A DNA stretch of 64,000 bases, taken from IMG/VR virus record IMGVR_UViG_3300021963_000097, positions 9,141 through 73,140 of that record. The stretch is one strand, 5' to 3'. The notes below the pieces were generated by a model that had not been told where the DNA came from, did not search any database, and saw nothing but the letters and a program-made list of their open reading frames with translations. Shown here in pieces: positions 39,678 through 49,874 of the stretch (the stretch's first letter is position 1; each line of letters starts with the position of its first letter). This stretch comes from a virus. Both the position numbers and the translations under genes were made by a program.

Positions 39678-40598
39678 ATGGGATTTGTTTATAGTGTATA
39701 CTTGCCAGGCTTAAACAAGAGTGTTTGGGCAAAAGAAATTCCTTGCTCGGCCTATAAAGACACAATTAAATCCCTTTATAACAAAGACAGTTCTTCGTTT
39801 ATAGTTCATAGTAATAGCCTGGTTGAACAAATAGTACCCGGGATACTTCATGAAGGACTTAATGTTATTGACAAAGTTGTATTATTAGTTAATGCTCGGG
39901 CTGTAAGTGTAAACCCAGATTTAAAATTAACTGCTAATTGTATACAGACTAAGCAATCGTTTGAGTATACTGTTAAACTGGATGAAATCTTTGATAAACT
40001 CACCAACGTAAAGTACTTCTCGCAAACGTCCTTTAAAGGGATAATAGTCTCTCACTCTATAGCGAAAGCTAAAGATGAGTTACATTTTTTAAACAAGACC
40101 CCTGAGCAGCTATATACCTGCCAATTAGCTTCGTGTATAGATGCAATTAAAACAGAGACTAGCGCGCTTAATTTTAATGACTTAAGCTTTGAAAATCGTT
40201 GTAGTATAGTAGAGAGCTTACCAGTACAAATAACTACGAGTGTTTTAAAGCATTTAATATCCGTCGAGACAGATAATATAGAACATAAACTGTTATATAT
40301 AAAATCGCCGTTTACAAACGAGCTTGCAGTAGAAACCCCTCTATCTGTAGATGTTAACATTTTAAGAGAGTTTAGCAAATTAGTGTTTACTGATGATCTT
40401 AATAATATATACCAGTTAAGCTTTAATCTTATTTCTAATTTAGGTTTTTCTGGAGAGTATATAGAAAAAATGACTCCTGCTGAAATGTACCTTTACTGGG
40501 CAATACATCTTCAACGAGTAAACCAACAAAAAGACTCTGAACAAAGCGGACGAACATCTAATACTTCTATGTTTAATGGGGTACCCGCGCAAATTTAA
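39678..40598 (+). CDS. Baseplate hub assembly protein (gp26/gp51-like)
   Basis: DKVVLLVNARAVSV; C-terminal IEKMTPAEMYLY resembles gp51. Confidence 0.55.
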   Translation: MGFVYSVYLPGLNKSVWAKEIPCSAYKDTIKSLYNKDSSSFIVHSNSLVEQIVPGILHEGLNVIDKVVLLVNARAVSVNPDLKLTANCIQTKQSFEYTVKLDEIFDKLTNVKYFSQTSFKGIIVSHSIAKAKDELHFLNKTPEQLYTCQLASCIDAIKTETSALNFNDLSFENRCSIVESLPVQITTSVLKHLISVETDNIEHKLLYIKSPFTNELAVETPLSVDVNILREFSKLVFTDDLNNIYQLSFNLISNLGFSGEYIEKMTPAEMYLYWAIHLQRVNQQKDSEQSGRTSNTSMFNGVPAQI

Positions 40599-40637
40599 AG
40601 CAGTTGAAAACAACAGCATAGTATATAAGTCATTTAA

Positions 40638-41432
40638 ATGAGCGATTTTAATAACATTCTTTCCGTATTAGATACTATTAGTAAAGAGAATACGCTATCT
40701 TTTTATGTACCAAGCTTAAAGAGAGATGTACTTTTTAAAGGTATTACTACCGGACAACAAAAAGCCCTACTTAAAGCAGCAATAGATAATCCGGTATTTC
40801 AGACGAGATTTATTATGGCAGCATATGCAATTATTATTGAGAATTGTATTGAGAAAGAAATTATCACTAATTTAACAGCGTTAGATAGTATGTCTATATT
40901 ACTACAATATAGAGTCAACATATACGGCCCGGATTATGCAGTTACACAGAATGATAAAAAATATATACTAAACTTGAGCGAGAGTATCGTCAGACTTAAG
41001 GAGATTGAAGTGCCTGCTGCTGAGACGTTTACAGAGGGTCAAATCACTATTACCGTCGGTATGCCCTTGTTTACAGATCAGTATTTACTTGAAAAGCAAG
41101 TAAGAGAAAAAACTTTAAACGATCAAGCAACTGTTACGATTAATGAAACTATAGGGGAAGCATTTATCGGGGAAACCTCTAAATTTATTAAGCGTATTGA
41201 GGTCAACGTAAACGGCCAAACGCAGGATTTAAACTATCAAGATCTACCGTTTCCAAAAAAATATGCAGTGTTAGAAAAACTACCAACTAAATCTGTAAAG
41301 CAAATTTTAAAATATCTCGAAGTAGTATCTGAAATTCAACGCAAAGTAACCCGTATACCAGGGGTAGACGAGGCTGGTATTACACAAGATATAGATTTTA
41401 CGGTAGATTCCTCATTGTTTGCATTAAACTAA
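40638..41432 (+). CDS. Baseplate hub assembly protein (gp26-like)
   Basis: VPSLKRDVLFKGITTGQQKALL...LTALD...LLQYR. Confidence 0.6.
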   Translation: MSDFNNILSVLDTISKENTLSFYVPSLKRDVLFKGITTGQQKALLKAAIDNPVFQTRFIMAAYAIIIENCIEKEIITNLTALDSMSILLQYRVNIYGPDYAVTQNDKKYILNLSESIVRLKEIEVPAAETFTEGQITITVGMPLFTDQYLLEKQVREKTLNDQATVTINETIGEAFIGETSKFIKRIEVNVNGQTQDLNYQDLPFPKKYAVLEKLPTKSVKQILKYLEVVSEIQRKVTRIPGVDEAGITQDIDFTVDSSLFALN

Positions 41433-41470
41433 TACGTTAGGTTACATTGTTGGGTACCTAAGTATTTAAT

Positions 41471-43867
41471 ATGCCTGAAGGTACAGCAAATCCAGCTCCT
41501 CCAATTGTAGATTCTGCGAAAGCACTTCTACAAGTTGTGACAGGCAAGTCTACCGAAGCAAAGTCATCTCCATTTCCTCCGGAGCTTTTAACGGCGTTTA
41601 AAACAAATAACAAGCATTTAAAAAACTTAATTGAGAGTTTTAACAAGCTTATTACTGTACAGGAAGAACAGCAAGCCCGAGACGATTCGAGTGGAGACGA
41701 AGCTAAGCAAGCCTTAACTCAAGAAAAACCTAAGGAGGTAATAATAACAGAGATTAAAGAGCCTGTATTAGAAAAAATAGTTGAAATGTTGAAGGGGCTT
41801 GGTATATCTGCAAAATCTGCAGCAGCTGTAGCTACTCCAGCTATCGGGGAATCATCAGGCGGTTCAGGTCCAAGTGATATTCTTAGTAAAATGCGAGGAC
41901 CGCTCGGTTTTCTTTTTAGTAAAGTGTTTGGTAGCAAATTAATTCCGCTTGTAGCTGGTCTCGCAGGTTCTTTAGCATTAGCTGTTGGGAGTTGGTTTAA
42001 TGAAGGACCCTGGAAAGGGCTAATGAAAGAAGTAGGTAAGCTCGGAGTAGATATATTTTTACCTAAAGTAGTTAATCTTGCAAGCAAATTATTTCCAGCA
42101 TTAGCAAAGTTTTTAGGACCGATAGCTGGAAAACTACCAGTTATCGGTTTTATAATTAATTTAGGTTCTGCTATTAGTAGAGTTATTGCTGGAGACGTGG
42201 TTGGTGGCTTGATAGATTTAGGTGCAGGTATGGCCACATTTTTGGGACCATTAGGTTTACCACTATCTATAGGCTTAGGATTCTTAAATGCAGCTCGAGA
42301 TTTATCAGGTACTACTGAGTCAACCAAAAAAGGTGATACCACTAAGGATACCGGGCTTACAGTTTTAGTTAAAACTGTGGCTCCTTTTTTAGCTAAAATA
42401 GCTAGCAAGCTTAAATTTTTTCCTATAATAGGTAATATACTCAGTATAGGCTTAGCGTTTCAAAGCTTTAAGCAAGGAGGCATTAAAGGCTGGTCGCAAG
42501 GTATTTTAAATTTAATAAGTGGTATTGCAGGCTTTGTACCTGGAGTCGGCACTGTAGTAAGTTATGTTGCAGCTGGTCTTAGCTTTTTAATAGATTTAAT
42601 GAGTGGCGGAGAAGAAAAGAAAGATGAAAACAAAGAAGAAGTTAAGCCAGGCTCTTCTAAAGGTATATTCAGCATGATTGGTAGTTTTATAGGGGATAAA
42701 GTTAAAAAAAGCTTACGCTATTTGCCAGGGGTCGGGACACTTATACAGTTAGGGGAAGCATTCGATAATTTTAAAAGCGGTAAAATTAAAGACGGGTTTA
42801 AATCATTATTAAAAGCCGGTCTTACTTTAATACCAGGAGTGGGTAGTGTGGTAGCGTGGTTAATGGATGATAAAGTGGAAGAGCCTAAAGCAGAAGGAGC
42901 AGGTACCACTGAAAAGTTTGATGCAAGTACTATATATAAAGCTATTACTGACGGGGTAAAAGACAAATTTAAAACAATATTAAAGAATATTAAAAAACTA
43001 CCATTTGTTCCGAACATGGTTGTAGATAAAATAGCTGGTTATCTTGATATTGATATAGGAGACAAAGCTAAACCAGAAGTAAGCACTGGAGCTGTAGGTA
43101 CATTAACTGGACCGGCTTTACCTGCGCAACCAGAGCCGATAGATACTACTCCATATCTTACTGCGACACAAAATAATACTAGCGATTCTGATTTAATACC
43201 GACAGGTAAGTTGCCTCTAGCAATTAATGAGGTAAACAGTAACATCGCTTCGATACCAAAAGGAGTTGTAGAGCCTATAGAAAAATCTCAAGTTCTAGCT
43301 AATGGAGAGAAAGTCAGAAATAATCAACAAACAGCCCCTAAAAAAGATCGTTTTGATGAAATATTACCTGGAGATGTTGGACTAATGGCCCCTAAAAAAG
43401 ATCGTTTTGATGAAATATTAGCTGGAGATGTTGGACTAATGGCCCCTAAAAAAGATCGTTTTGATGAAATATTAGCTAGAGATGTTGAACTAATGGAGAC
43501 TAAAAAGGATCGTTTTGGGGGAGTGTTTAAAGAATCAAAAGATGGATACCCAATAACCCAGCAAGCAGCTGATATTACTATACCGCTACAGCCTAATACT
43601 AATCCAAGAGTTCCTTTAGAATCTCCAATAGCCAGCTTAACTGGTATGCCAGGGTTTGATATATCTAAAAAGCTAGATGAATTAATTGCAGCAGTACAAA
43701 CAATAAGAGGCGGGGAGAGTAGTAATAATAGCGCCGCCTCTATAAATTCATCAACTGGCGGCTCAAGTGTGACTAATGTATTTAATAATGGCAGTGAAAG
43801 AGATATACCTTATACTGAACGTACTAAATATAGAAATCAATTAATGTACTCTCGCGCACTACTCTAA
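41471..43867 (+). CDS. Tape-measure / baseplate hub (gp29-like) protein
   Basis: Repeated LP.IG.I..LG hydrophobic helical units; SSVTNV C-terminal motif; position in baseplate cluster. Confidence 0.65.
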   Translation: MPEGTANPAPPIVDSAKALLQVVTGKSTEAKSSPFPPELLTAFKTNNKHLKNLIESFNKLITVQEEQQARDDSSGDEAKQALTQEKPKEVIITEIKEPVLEKIVEMLKGLGISAKSAAAVATPAIGESSGGSGPSDILSKMRGPLGFLFSKVFGSKLIPLVAGLAGSLALAVGSWFNEGPWKGLMKEVGKLGVDIFLPKVVNLASKLFPALAKFLGPIAGKLPVIGFIINLGSAISRVIAGDVVGGLIDLGAGMATFLGPLGLPLSIGLGFLNAARDLSGTTESTKKGDTTKDTGLTVLVKTVAPFLAKIASKLKFFPIIGNILSIGLAFQSFKQGGIKGWSQGILNLISGIAGFVPGVGTVVSYVAAGLSFLIDLMSGGEEKKDENKEEVKPGSSKGIFSMIGSFIGDKVKKSLRYLPGVGTLIQLGEAFDNFKSGKIKDGFKSLLKAGLTLIPGVGSVVAWLMDDKVEEPKAEGAGTTEKFDASTIYKAITDGVKDKFKTILKNIKKLPFVPNMVVDKIAGYLDIDIGDKAKPEVSTGAVGTLTGPALPAQPEPIDTTPYLTATQNNTSDSDLIPTGKLPLAINEVNSNIASIPKGVVEPIEKSQVLANGEKVRNNQQTAPKKDRFDEILPGDVGLMAPKKDRFDEILAGDVGLMAPKKDRFDEILARDVELMETKKDRFGGVFKESKDGYPITQQAADITIPLQPNTNPRVPLESPIASLTGMPGFDISKKLDELIAAVQTIRGGESSNNSAASINSSTGGSSVTNVFNNGSERDIPYTERTKYRNQLMYSRALL
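43334..43517 (+). repeat. 54-bp in-frame tandem repeat (about 3.4 copies; APKKDRFDEIL.GDVGLM)
   Basis: Units start at 43334, 43388, 43442, with a partial unit at 43496; near-identical DNA. Confidence 0.9.
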
Positions 43868-43868
43868 T

Positions 43869-45146
43869 ATGGCATACGAATCAAATCTTTATAAAGCTGA
43901 GTCCAATTCCGATTTTGCAACAGGCAAAGGAGCGCAAGCTCTAGGGGCGCCTATTTTAATACCAGGGCCTGGTACAAAAGGGGATGGTGTTAATATACAT
44001 CAAGACTACCCTTGGACGCTATCTACAAGAGCTGCCCGTAATTATGTACCGAAGTTAATGCTTACAGAATATAAATTAGTATTATCAAGCGAAGTAGCCG
44101 GCATGTTATACGCCCTTAGAGGCGCAGAAGATAATGTAAATGTTATTGCAAGACAAGCGGGTGAAAATATTGTAAATATTACTGGCGCTGGACTTAATAC
44201 GGCTAGATTATCTCTTACTGGTCAATTGCCAGGTTTAAAACAAATACTAAGTTCTGTCTCCAAGGCGCTTGAAAAAGAAAGTAAACAGAGTGGGGTATCA
44301 ACTACCCCTGCTACTGCTCAAGAAGCCGCTTTAGCGGCTGCCAGGCGACAGGAACTTACGTCAAGTGTTAGCGGTCAAGGATTAGATGTATATAGAGGGC
44401 TATATGCAATCGAGCCTACTGGGTGGAGCTATGTAATGCCGTACCTGGGAGCAGCAAATATGATGTCCCCTAATAATCAATGGGGGAAAAGTACTCAAAT
44501 ACGAGATGCATTAATACAAGGGGTGCAGGGTATAACAAAATTAGTAGATGGAACAGCGGGTGCTAAACCGGCGGCAACAACTACCCCAACAGTCCCTAAT
44601 AAAACTGGGCCGGACATATTTTCCATGCTTATGGGAGCGTATAATGTTGCAGATGCTGCTAAGACTATAGGCCTAGCTGTCGGGGGTGGTCTGGTTGCTA
44701 GTGAAGAGCCTCAGTCGTTTACCGGGACTGGGTCCGATTCAATAGAATGTAGTTTTTATCTTTACAATACTCAAGAGTTGGCAGACATACGTAGAAATTG
44801 GGAGTTCTGCTTTCTATTTACCTATCAAAATTTAGCAAATAGAAAGGGTATTAATTTATTAGACCCTCCATGTCTTTATAGGGCTTTAATTCCGGGATAT
44901 AAACAATTACCTATATGCTGGGTGTCTGGCTTAAGTATTGTTAATGTTGGAGCAACCAAGCTAGTAGATATTACCACTGGTAACCCTGTTAATTCTAGTG
45001 AGAAAGCAGGGGCTAATATAAAAATGATACCCGAAGCTTATAAGATAACTTTTACTCTAGAGAGCGCGCTAAAGAACGCGCGTAATATATTTCAATTTGC
45101 CGCAGATCCTACCGGGTTTGTGACAGTTTCATATAGTGGAGCATAA
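43869..45146 (+). CDS. Baseplate tail-tube cap-like protein (gp48-like)
   Basis: PQSF...SFYLYNT...PPCLY..IPG...CWVSGLSI...P.AYKITFTL; synteny. Confidence 0.55.
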   Translation: MAYESNLYKAESNSDFATGKGAQALGAPILIPGPGTKGDGVNIHQDYPWTLSTRAARNYVPKLMLTEYKLVLSSEVAGMLYALRGAEDNVNVIARQAGENIVNITGAGLNTARLSLTGQLPGLKQILSSVSKALEKESKQSGVSTTPATAQEAALAAARRQELTSSVSGQGLDVYRGLYAIEPTGWSYVMPYLGAANMMSPNNQWGKSTQIRDALIQGVQGITKLVDGTAGAKPAATTTPTVPNKTGPDIFSMLMGAYNVADAAKTIGLAVGGGLVASEEPQSFTGTGSDSIECSFYLYNTQELADIRRNWEFCFLFTYQNLANRKGINLLDPPCLYRALIPGYKQLPICWVSGLSIVNVGATKLVDITTGNPVNSSEKAGANIKMIPEAYKITFTLESALKNARNIFQFAADPTGFVTVSYSGA

Positions 45147-45151
45147 TAATA

Positions 45152-45535
45152 ATGACTACCAATATACCATCTTTATCCTCAGGCCCTTATAAACAAAACA
45201 ATTTAACTGAGTTAGTAGAGTTAGATACGTTTAGATATGAAAACTTATTTAATATATATCAAAACGAAAACGAACAGTACTTTTATAATTTACTTGCAAA
45301 GGTAAACTTTCCGGAAGAGATTTCAGATGAGTACTATACTACTTTTACTGTTAATAACGATTCAATACCATATACTCTAATAAGCTATAAAGTATATAAT
45401 ACTATATCTTTATGGTGGTTAATTTGCGCTGTAAATAATATTACAAACCCGATTGATTTTCCTGCTCCAAATACTCAATTAAAAATACTTAAGACTCAGT
45501 ATGTGCGTAACGTGCTGCAGTTAATAAAGCAGTAA
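45152..45535 (+). CDS. Baseplate wedge protein (gp53/LysM-like)
   Basis: ISYKVYNTISLWWLICAVNNITNP motif. Confidence 0.8.
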   Translation: MTTNIPSLSSGPYKQNNLTELVELDTFRYENLFNIYQNENEQYFYNLLAKVNFPEEISDEYYTTFTVNNDSIPYTLISYKVYNTISLWWLICAVNNITNPIDFPAPNTQLKILKTQYVRNVLQLIKQ

Positions 45536-45539
45536 TAAT

Positions 45540-47072
45540 ATGGCATCAATTAAAAATAGACTCCGGCTTAACAACCAGGACTATGAAATTGTAATTACGC
45601 TATACAACACTCAAGGCCTAGCGTTTCCTATTAATCCTGCTGGAATGGCTTCTTTAGTAATTGAAGAGTCTGCTTTGTGCTGGTTTAAACGTGGGTATAT
45701 TATACTGGAGAATAATGAAAATGTTATTGAGAGACGCCCTAACGAGTTTTTTGATAAAAACGCAAACTATAAATTTCGTAATGATGGTAGAGATTTGCTA
45801 ATGGTTAACATAAAGCCTGTTGTAGAAAACGAAAACTCGGTGCTAGCAAATGAAAATCCGTTTCCTGCAGATCTCTGGGAATTAAGCTATATGTTCTCTA
45901 TATATGATGTTGAGGATATAGCTGTCGGGCCTACCACTCAAAAGAAATATTTTAAATTATATTTCTGGGAAACAGACTGTCAGATTTTTGAAGAAACTGC
46001 AGTTAACTGGAATACAAATAGTGTATTATACCAGTCAAAGCCTGAGCTAAGAGGGAAAAGCGCTTATATAGACGATAAGACCCGTAGAGTTCCGACTGGG
46101 CTAGCGATAAAAGACCTTATAAAAGAAACTCTTGAGTCTAAAGTTGGTCCTCAAGTGTTTGCAAAAGACTGGGACCCCGGCGCAAGTAATATATTTTATA
46201 GTCCGGCTTCAAACAATTTTGCGGCAACAGATTTAAATTACTTGCTTCACCGACATGTGAGTAGTAATATTAGTGGAAATATAGAAGGCGATGCTGCTAT
46301 ACTTTTTAGAGATAGATACACAAAGACATGGTCGTTACTATCTTTATCTAAGCTCATGAGTTATGCAGTTAATAACCAACAAACTGCAGGTCTATTACAG
46401 TACGAGCAATTTTTAATTACATCTGAAAATGCTAGTTCAGTAATAATACCATCGTTAAGACATACCCCGCAAGATCCAACTGGCGCGCGTAATATATATA
46501 TGGGGAATACAAGTAACGTAGCTAATTTTCAATTTGTTGATATGGCTTCTGTAGATAACACTTTTGTGTTTATTAGTAAACCATGCGCAAGCAATTCTAC
46601 AAAACGCAAGCAATTTAGTTTAGACTTTCAAGAGAATGATATAGAAAACGTAAAAGCATTTTTTCAGAAAAACTATGTAGATAGATTTAAAGTTAATACT
46701 AAGCCTAAAGCACTCCTTACCCTCAATAAGACGAAAACAGAAAGCCCCTCGATAGAGACCACCTTTTCTTATGGTACTGAAAAGCTTGATCGCTACCCCG
46801 ACGCTAGAAATACAGTCTTAAAATCGGCATTATTTTTAAATGGTTGTTTAAATTTTGCAGTACCAGGTAGTACTTTTAGACGCAGCAATGTATTTATAGG
46901 CTTAGATAGAGTAACAGGCGCTATAGATGCAGATTTTGATGAGAAACTCTTGGGGCAATGGTTTGCAATTAAGGTAACTCATGAGTTTACTAAAACTAGC
47001 TATAGTAATAATATTACTGCTGTTAAGCCGCACTCTGATAAAGATATACGTATTCAAGATACTGTCGATTAA
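45540..47072 (+). CDS. Baseplate hub protein (gp27/gpD-like)
   Basis: C-terminal VPG...GQWFAIKVTHEF pattern; located upstream of the spike gene. Confidence 0.6.
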   Translation: MASIKNRLRLNNQDYEIVITLYNTQGLAFPINPAGMASLVIEESALCWFKRGYIILENNENVIERRPNEFFDKNANYKFRNDGRDLLMVNIKPVVENENSVLANENPFPADLWELSYMFSIYDVEDIAVGPTTQKKYFKLYFWETDCQIFEETAVNWNTNSVLYQSKPELRGKSAYIDDKTRRVPTGLAIKDLIKETLESKVGPQVFAKDWDPGASNIFYSPASNNFAATDLNYLLHRHVSSNISGNIEGDAAILFRDRYTKTWSLLSLSKLMSYAVNNQQTAGLLQYEQFLITSENASSVIIPSLRHTPQDPTGARNIYMGNTSNVANFQFVDMASVDNTFVFISKPCASNSTKRKQFSLDFQENDIENVKAFFQKNYVDRFKVNTKPKALLTLNKTKTESPSIETTFSYGTEKLDRYPDARNTVLKSALFLNGCLNFAVPGSTFRRSNVFIGLDRVTGAIDADFDEKLLGQWFAIKVTHEFTKTSYSNNITAVKPHSDKDIRIQDTVD

Positions 47073-47080
47073 GTAATACA

Positions 47081-47830
47081 ATGGCTACCGAAGTAAGAAC
47101 ATTCGATCTTTATAATACTACTAAGTACTGGGTAGGGTATACTATTGACGGATATGAATTAGAACAAATAGTAGCACAGCAGTACTATACTGTACAATTT
47201 AATTCTAATCCTATTGGCGCTGCTATTGAGTTTTTCCTAGCAATTCCGCAAATATCCTTAAATTATTTTTGGAAAAAATATTGGTGGGATGAAGCTACAT
47301 ATTATTCTAATCCATTAATACTGAGCGGAGTGAGTCTTAGTGCTTCTAATTATTATCAATCTTTTTCAGAAAGCGTAGGTACTCTTTACTATATATCCCG
47401 TTTTAACAACTTAAATAATACACAGACAAAACCATACAGCCCAGTAATATCTCGTTTGATACGCGCGGATATATCCAGTGCAATTGATAGCTTTTATAGT
47501 GTAGCTAACAGTTTGTTTGTGGCTAATATAGTTAATATCGGGCCGACTGGTACAGATACAAATCCAAATAATGGAAATCTTATAATGGCTGACACTGATT
47601 TAACTCGTAGAATTACATCTAATAATTCTCTTACAGCTACTGTTAATAGCTCTTATAGCAGCCTTTCTAGCTTCTTACCTTATAATACAAACGTAATTGG
47701 TAACTTACTCACTCCTTACTATTGGCAGTTAAGTGCTAATAATGAAGATACGATTATTACTGTAGACTTTAACAATAATAATGTTAATACTATTAAACAG
47801 CTCACCACTTACACGCTAATAGCTAACTAA
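47081..47830 (+). CDS. Hypothetical structural protein
   Basis: 249-aa ORF, TAAGTA upstream, coupled to the spike gene. Confidence 0.55.
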   Translation: MATEVRTFDLYNTTKYWVGYTIDGYELEQIVAQQYYTVQFNSNPIGAAIEFFLAIPQISLNYFWKKYWWDEATYYSNPLILSGVSLSASNYYQSFSESVGTLYYISRFNNLNNTQTKPYSPVISRLIRADISSAIDSFYSVANSLFVANIVNIGPTGTDTNPNNGNLIMADTDLTRRITSNNSLTATVNSSYSSLSSFLPYNTNVIGNLLTPYYWQLSANNEDTIITVDFNNNNVNTIKQLTTYTLIAN

Positions 47831-49830
47831 TGAACAAATACGATTCAACATACCTAGGCATTGTAGTGCAAAATAACGATCCGGAGTATCGTGGTCGAGT
47901 AAAGGTATGGGTTCCGCATATTAATGGCGCTATATACGATAAATGGTATGCAGCTAAAAAAGACCGCTCATATAAGTTTCCTGGTCTTAATTTAGAGTCT
48001 GATTTAAACTTAATTATAGACGAATTAAAAGAAAACTTACAATGGGCTGAATACAGCGCTCCTTTGTTAGGAGCTAGTTCCTCTGGGTTGTATAATGCCT
48101 TTTATAGTACTGGTTCAGTTTCTGATGCAACCTATCAACTCAGTCTTTCGGGGTCTACATTTGCAAGTACTGTATCTGCTCTAAGGCTTAATGAAGAAAA
48201 AATGGGGGAAAAGCCCGGCGCAGTATATGAAAAATACGGGACTAAACTAACAGACGCGTTTACTGACACTACAGTTAATAATACTAACACAGTTAATCCT
48301 AATGGAGCTAATTACCGCCCGTCTACCTACTCTAATGCTGCTAAAGGGGTATTTTCAGTACCTAATGTAGGCGCTCACGTTTGGGTATTCTTTAGAGACG
48401 GAATACCTTACTACCCGGTTTATATGGGGTACAGTTTAGGAGAAGATGATTTTAATAGTATATTTCAATCTGAAGACGGTTCATATCAAGACTACCCTCA
48501 AACATTTGAAAGTGTTAGTAAGATTGGACGTCCTGCAGAAGATGTTAACACTATAACGTACCGCAACAAAATGGTTATTAACCAACGCGGTGCTGCTATA
48601 GAAATAATTAACACCAGTGATAGAGAGCGTTTTAAGGTAACTAGCTTTGCCGGTGGTTATCTAGAGTTAGGTAATGATTATAATGCCCTATTTAACCCTA
48701 AGAACTTTCAGTTATTAACCCAGAAAGATAAATACGAAACCGTAAGAGGCCATAGTAATCTTTTTATTGGTAGAGATAATGATAATGTAATAAAAGGAGA
48801 TTACTTTTTAAAGGTAGGCTCTTTAAATAAAAGCGCTTTAGATAATTGGGTTACTGCATATACCGCTATTGCTACTATACTAGCTAAACCAGAAACTGAG
48901 GACAAGAGCAATTTAGTAAGCACAGTAGCTGCACAAGCTGATTCTCTAGCAGCTGCAGAAGCTCAACTCGGGTTTGGTGGTAACTATATAGAGACAATTA
49001 CTAAGCATAAATTTAGTAATGTAGGATTAGTATTTAATACTTTTGCAAGTACCAGATACAATGGTACAAATAAAACAATAACCAATTATAGAAACGTCAT
49101 TTCTGGTGGTACTGGTATAGTTACAACCACTATAAACGCTATTGAGTATACCCATATCGATGATATGCCTGGTGGAAATCTTACTGAGACGGTAGGTAAT
49201 AGATGGAGTATGTTGGTAGGTTCGGGTGGTATAGATATAAAAACAACAGGACCAGTTAATCTCGGTGGTACTATAATGGCATTAGCAGGTAAGCAAGTCA
49301 ACGTTGCTTCTTCTGATGACATGAACATCGATGGCGGTACTAACCTATCAATTATAGCTGATATAATGTCTATTAGAAGTAGATCCCGTAATCAAGTGGT
49401 AATAGATGATAACTTGGGTATTAGTAAGAATGTAGTTATTGGCGGTGGTACATACACAAACGGTGAAGTGTTTTTACAGCATGTTACTGCGCCAGTAGAA
49501 TTTCAAGTGACTGAATCTACTAAAATAACAGATACTGGCTATACTATAATCGACGCAACGATCTCTAAAACGGCTGGTGGTAATATTGTGAGCGGGGATG
49601 TTGTAAAAATTGAAGGGGGTACATTAACTATAAACCAACCACACACCCATTACTTTAAGAACTTGCCGTTAACACTAGTTACAGACGCCGCAGCAGTTAG
49701 AACAGCAGCATTGATACTTAACGGTGGATCAGCTGCAGCGTCAGCATCTGCAGCTGCGGACCATTACAATACTGCAGGTGGTAATAAGAATAGTAATCCA
49801 AACGGACCTATTAACGGGGTTCCAGGTTAA
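47830..49830 (+). CDS. Baseplate central spike (gp5/VgrG-like, no obvious lysozyme domain)
   Basis: YLGIVVQNNDPEYRGRVKVWVP and VPNVGAHVWVFF..G OB-fold motifs; beta-helix repeats; PHTH (HxH) near the C-terminus. Confidence 0.9.
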   Translation: MNKYDSTYLGIVVQNNDPEYRGRVKVWVPHINGAIYDKWYAAKKDRSYKFPGLNLESDLNLIIDELKENLQWAEYSAPLLGASSSGLYNAFYSTGSVSDATYQLSLSGSTFASTVSALRLNEEKMGEKPGAVYEKYGTKLTDAFTDTTVNNTNTVNPNGANYRPSTYSNAAKGVFSVPNVGAHVWVFFRDGIPYYPVYMGYSLGEDDFNSIFQSEDGSYQDYPQTFESVSKIGRPAEDVNTITYRNKMVINQRGAAIEIINTSDRERFKVTSFAGGYLELGNDYNALFNPKNFQLLTQKDKYETVRGHSNLFIGRDNDNVIKGDYFLKVGSLNKSALDNWVTAYTAIATILAKPETEDKSNLVSTVAAQADSLAAAEAQLGFGGNYIETITKHKFSNVGLVFNTFASTRYNGTNKTITNYRNVISGGTGIVTTTINAIEYTHIDDMPGGNLTETVGNRWSMLVGSGGIDIKTTGPVNLGGTIMALAGKQVNVASSDDMNIDGGTNLSIIADIMSIRSRSRNQVVIDDNLGISKNVVIGGGTYTNGEVFLQHVTAPVEFQVTESTKITDTGYTIIDATISKTAGGNIVSGDVVKIEGGTLTINQPHTHYFKNLPLTLVTDAAAVRTAALILNGGSAAASASAAADHYNTAGGNKNSNPNGPINGVPG

Positions 49831-49841
49831 GTTGAACATAG

Positions 49842-49869
49842 TTGAATAGTTAGTAAATTCTTCTATAAT
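49842..49869 (+). promoter_or_regulatory. Sigma70-like promoter TTGAAT-N16-TATAAT, 5 nt before ATG
   Basis: Near-consensus hexamers at the head of the glycosyltransferase operon. Confidence 0.7.
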
Positions 49870-49874
49870 ATCTT

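Noticed and set aside
41719-43245. Long antisense ORFs in the tape-measure-like gene
   Set aside because: Antisense shadows of a biased coding strand with no recognisable motifs
43334-43517. Possible CRISPR array
   Set aside because: Repeats are contiguous, in frame and lack unique spacers; no cas genes in the window
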